Below, in pieces: positions 63,756 through 64,000 of a DNA stretch of 64,000 nucleotides. Position numbers and translations under genes: made by a program. The notes under the pieces were generated by a model, which worked only from the letters and a program-made list of their open reading frames with translations, was not told the origin of the DNA and made no database searches. This DNA is from Antedon mediterranea. Taxonomy: Eukaryota > Animalia > Echinodermata. Within the stretch, counting starts at the first letter, position 1. Every line of letters begins with the position of its first letter. The DNA lies in assembly GCF_964355755.1 (NCBI RefSeq), contig NC_092673.1, forward strand, positions 1,054,001 to 1,118,000. The letters run 5' to 3'.

Positions 63756-63970
63756 GTGCACTTTAAAGAACCCAGTACATCTTTCAGAAGAGTAGGCGGT
63801 TACCCTGGTGTACTGGTCTATTCAGCAGCTCCTGTCACTGTGCACAGACGAATAGGTGCCATTTGGTGGCAACGCTCGACACAAAGGAGCCCTTAGGAGT
63901 AGAAAATTGTTGTATGTGTCCTTTGCGTAATTCAGCCCAGTAGGCTGCAAGTCGTGGGTTATTCCCCATT
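63756..63970 (+). mobile_element. SINE remnant with a Deu/Nin-like central domain
   Basis: GCACTTTAAAGAACCCAGTACA..TTCAGAAGAGTAGG..CCCTGGTGTACTGG resembles the Deu/Nin-SINE core as I recall it; not aligned. Confidence 0.5.
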
Positions 63971-64000
63971 TACCAAAGTCTCAAGATTTTCATCTTGGAA

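Overview
AT-rich eukaryotic (invertebrate animal) genomic DNA; the single-exon ORF track is mostly noise. Splicing by hand gives two complete genes arranged head-to-head. The first is a 5-exon FGF8/17/18-family gene on the minus strand (26942->15283, 178 aa, signal peptide, FGF8-type exon phases). The second is a compact 8-coding-exon FBXW4/dactylin gene on the plus strand (38239->42716, 389 aa). Together they reproduce the FGF8-FBXW4 linkage, in a different orientation from vertebrates. An unidentified plus-strand transcription unit probably starts near 43.2 kb. The rest is mainly repeats: two abundant PIF/Harbinger-like MITE families (one carrying CArG boxes, one carrying CCAAT boxes), two larger Harbinger-like deletion derivatives (one with a Myb/SANT-like remnant), L2/CR1-group LINE 3' ends, SINE remnants, minisatellites and local duplications. 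The most unusual signals are 21-27 bp CA...TG hairpins inside 7-bp direct repeats, one of which has an empty paralogous site in this window, and a LINE insertion whose target-site duplication copied an FBXW4 splice donor. All protein and repeat identifications are by eye; no database search was run.
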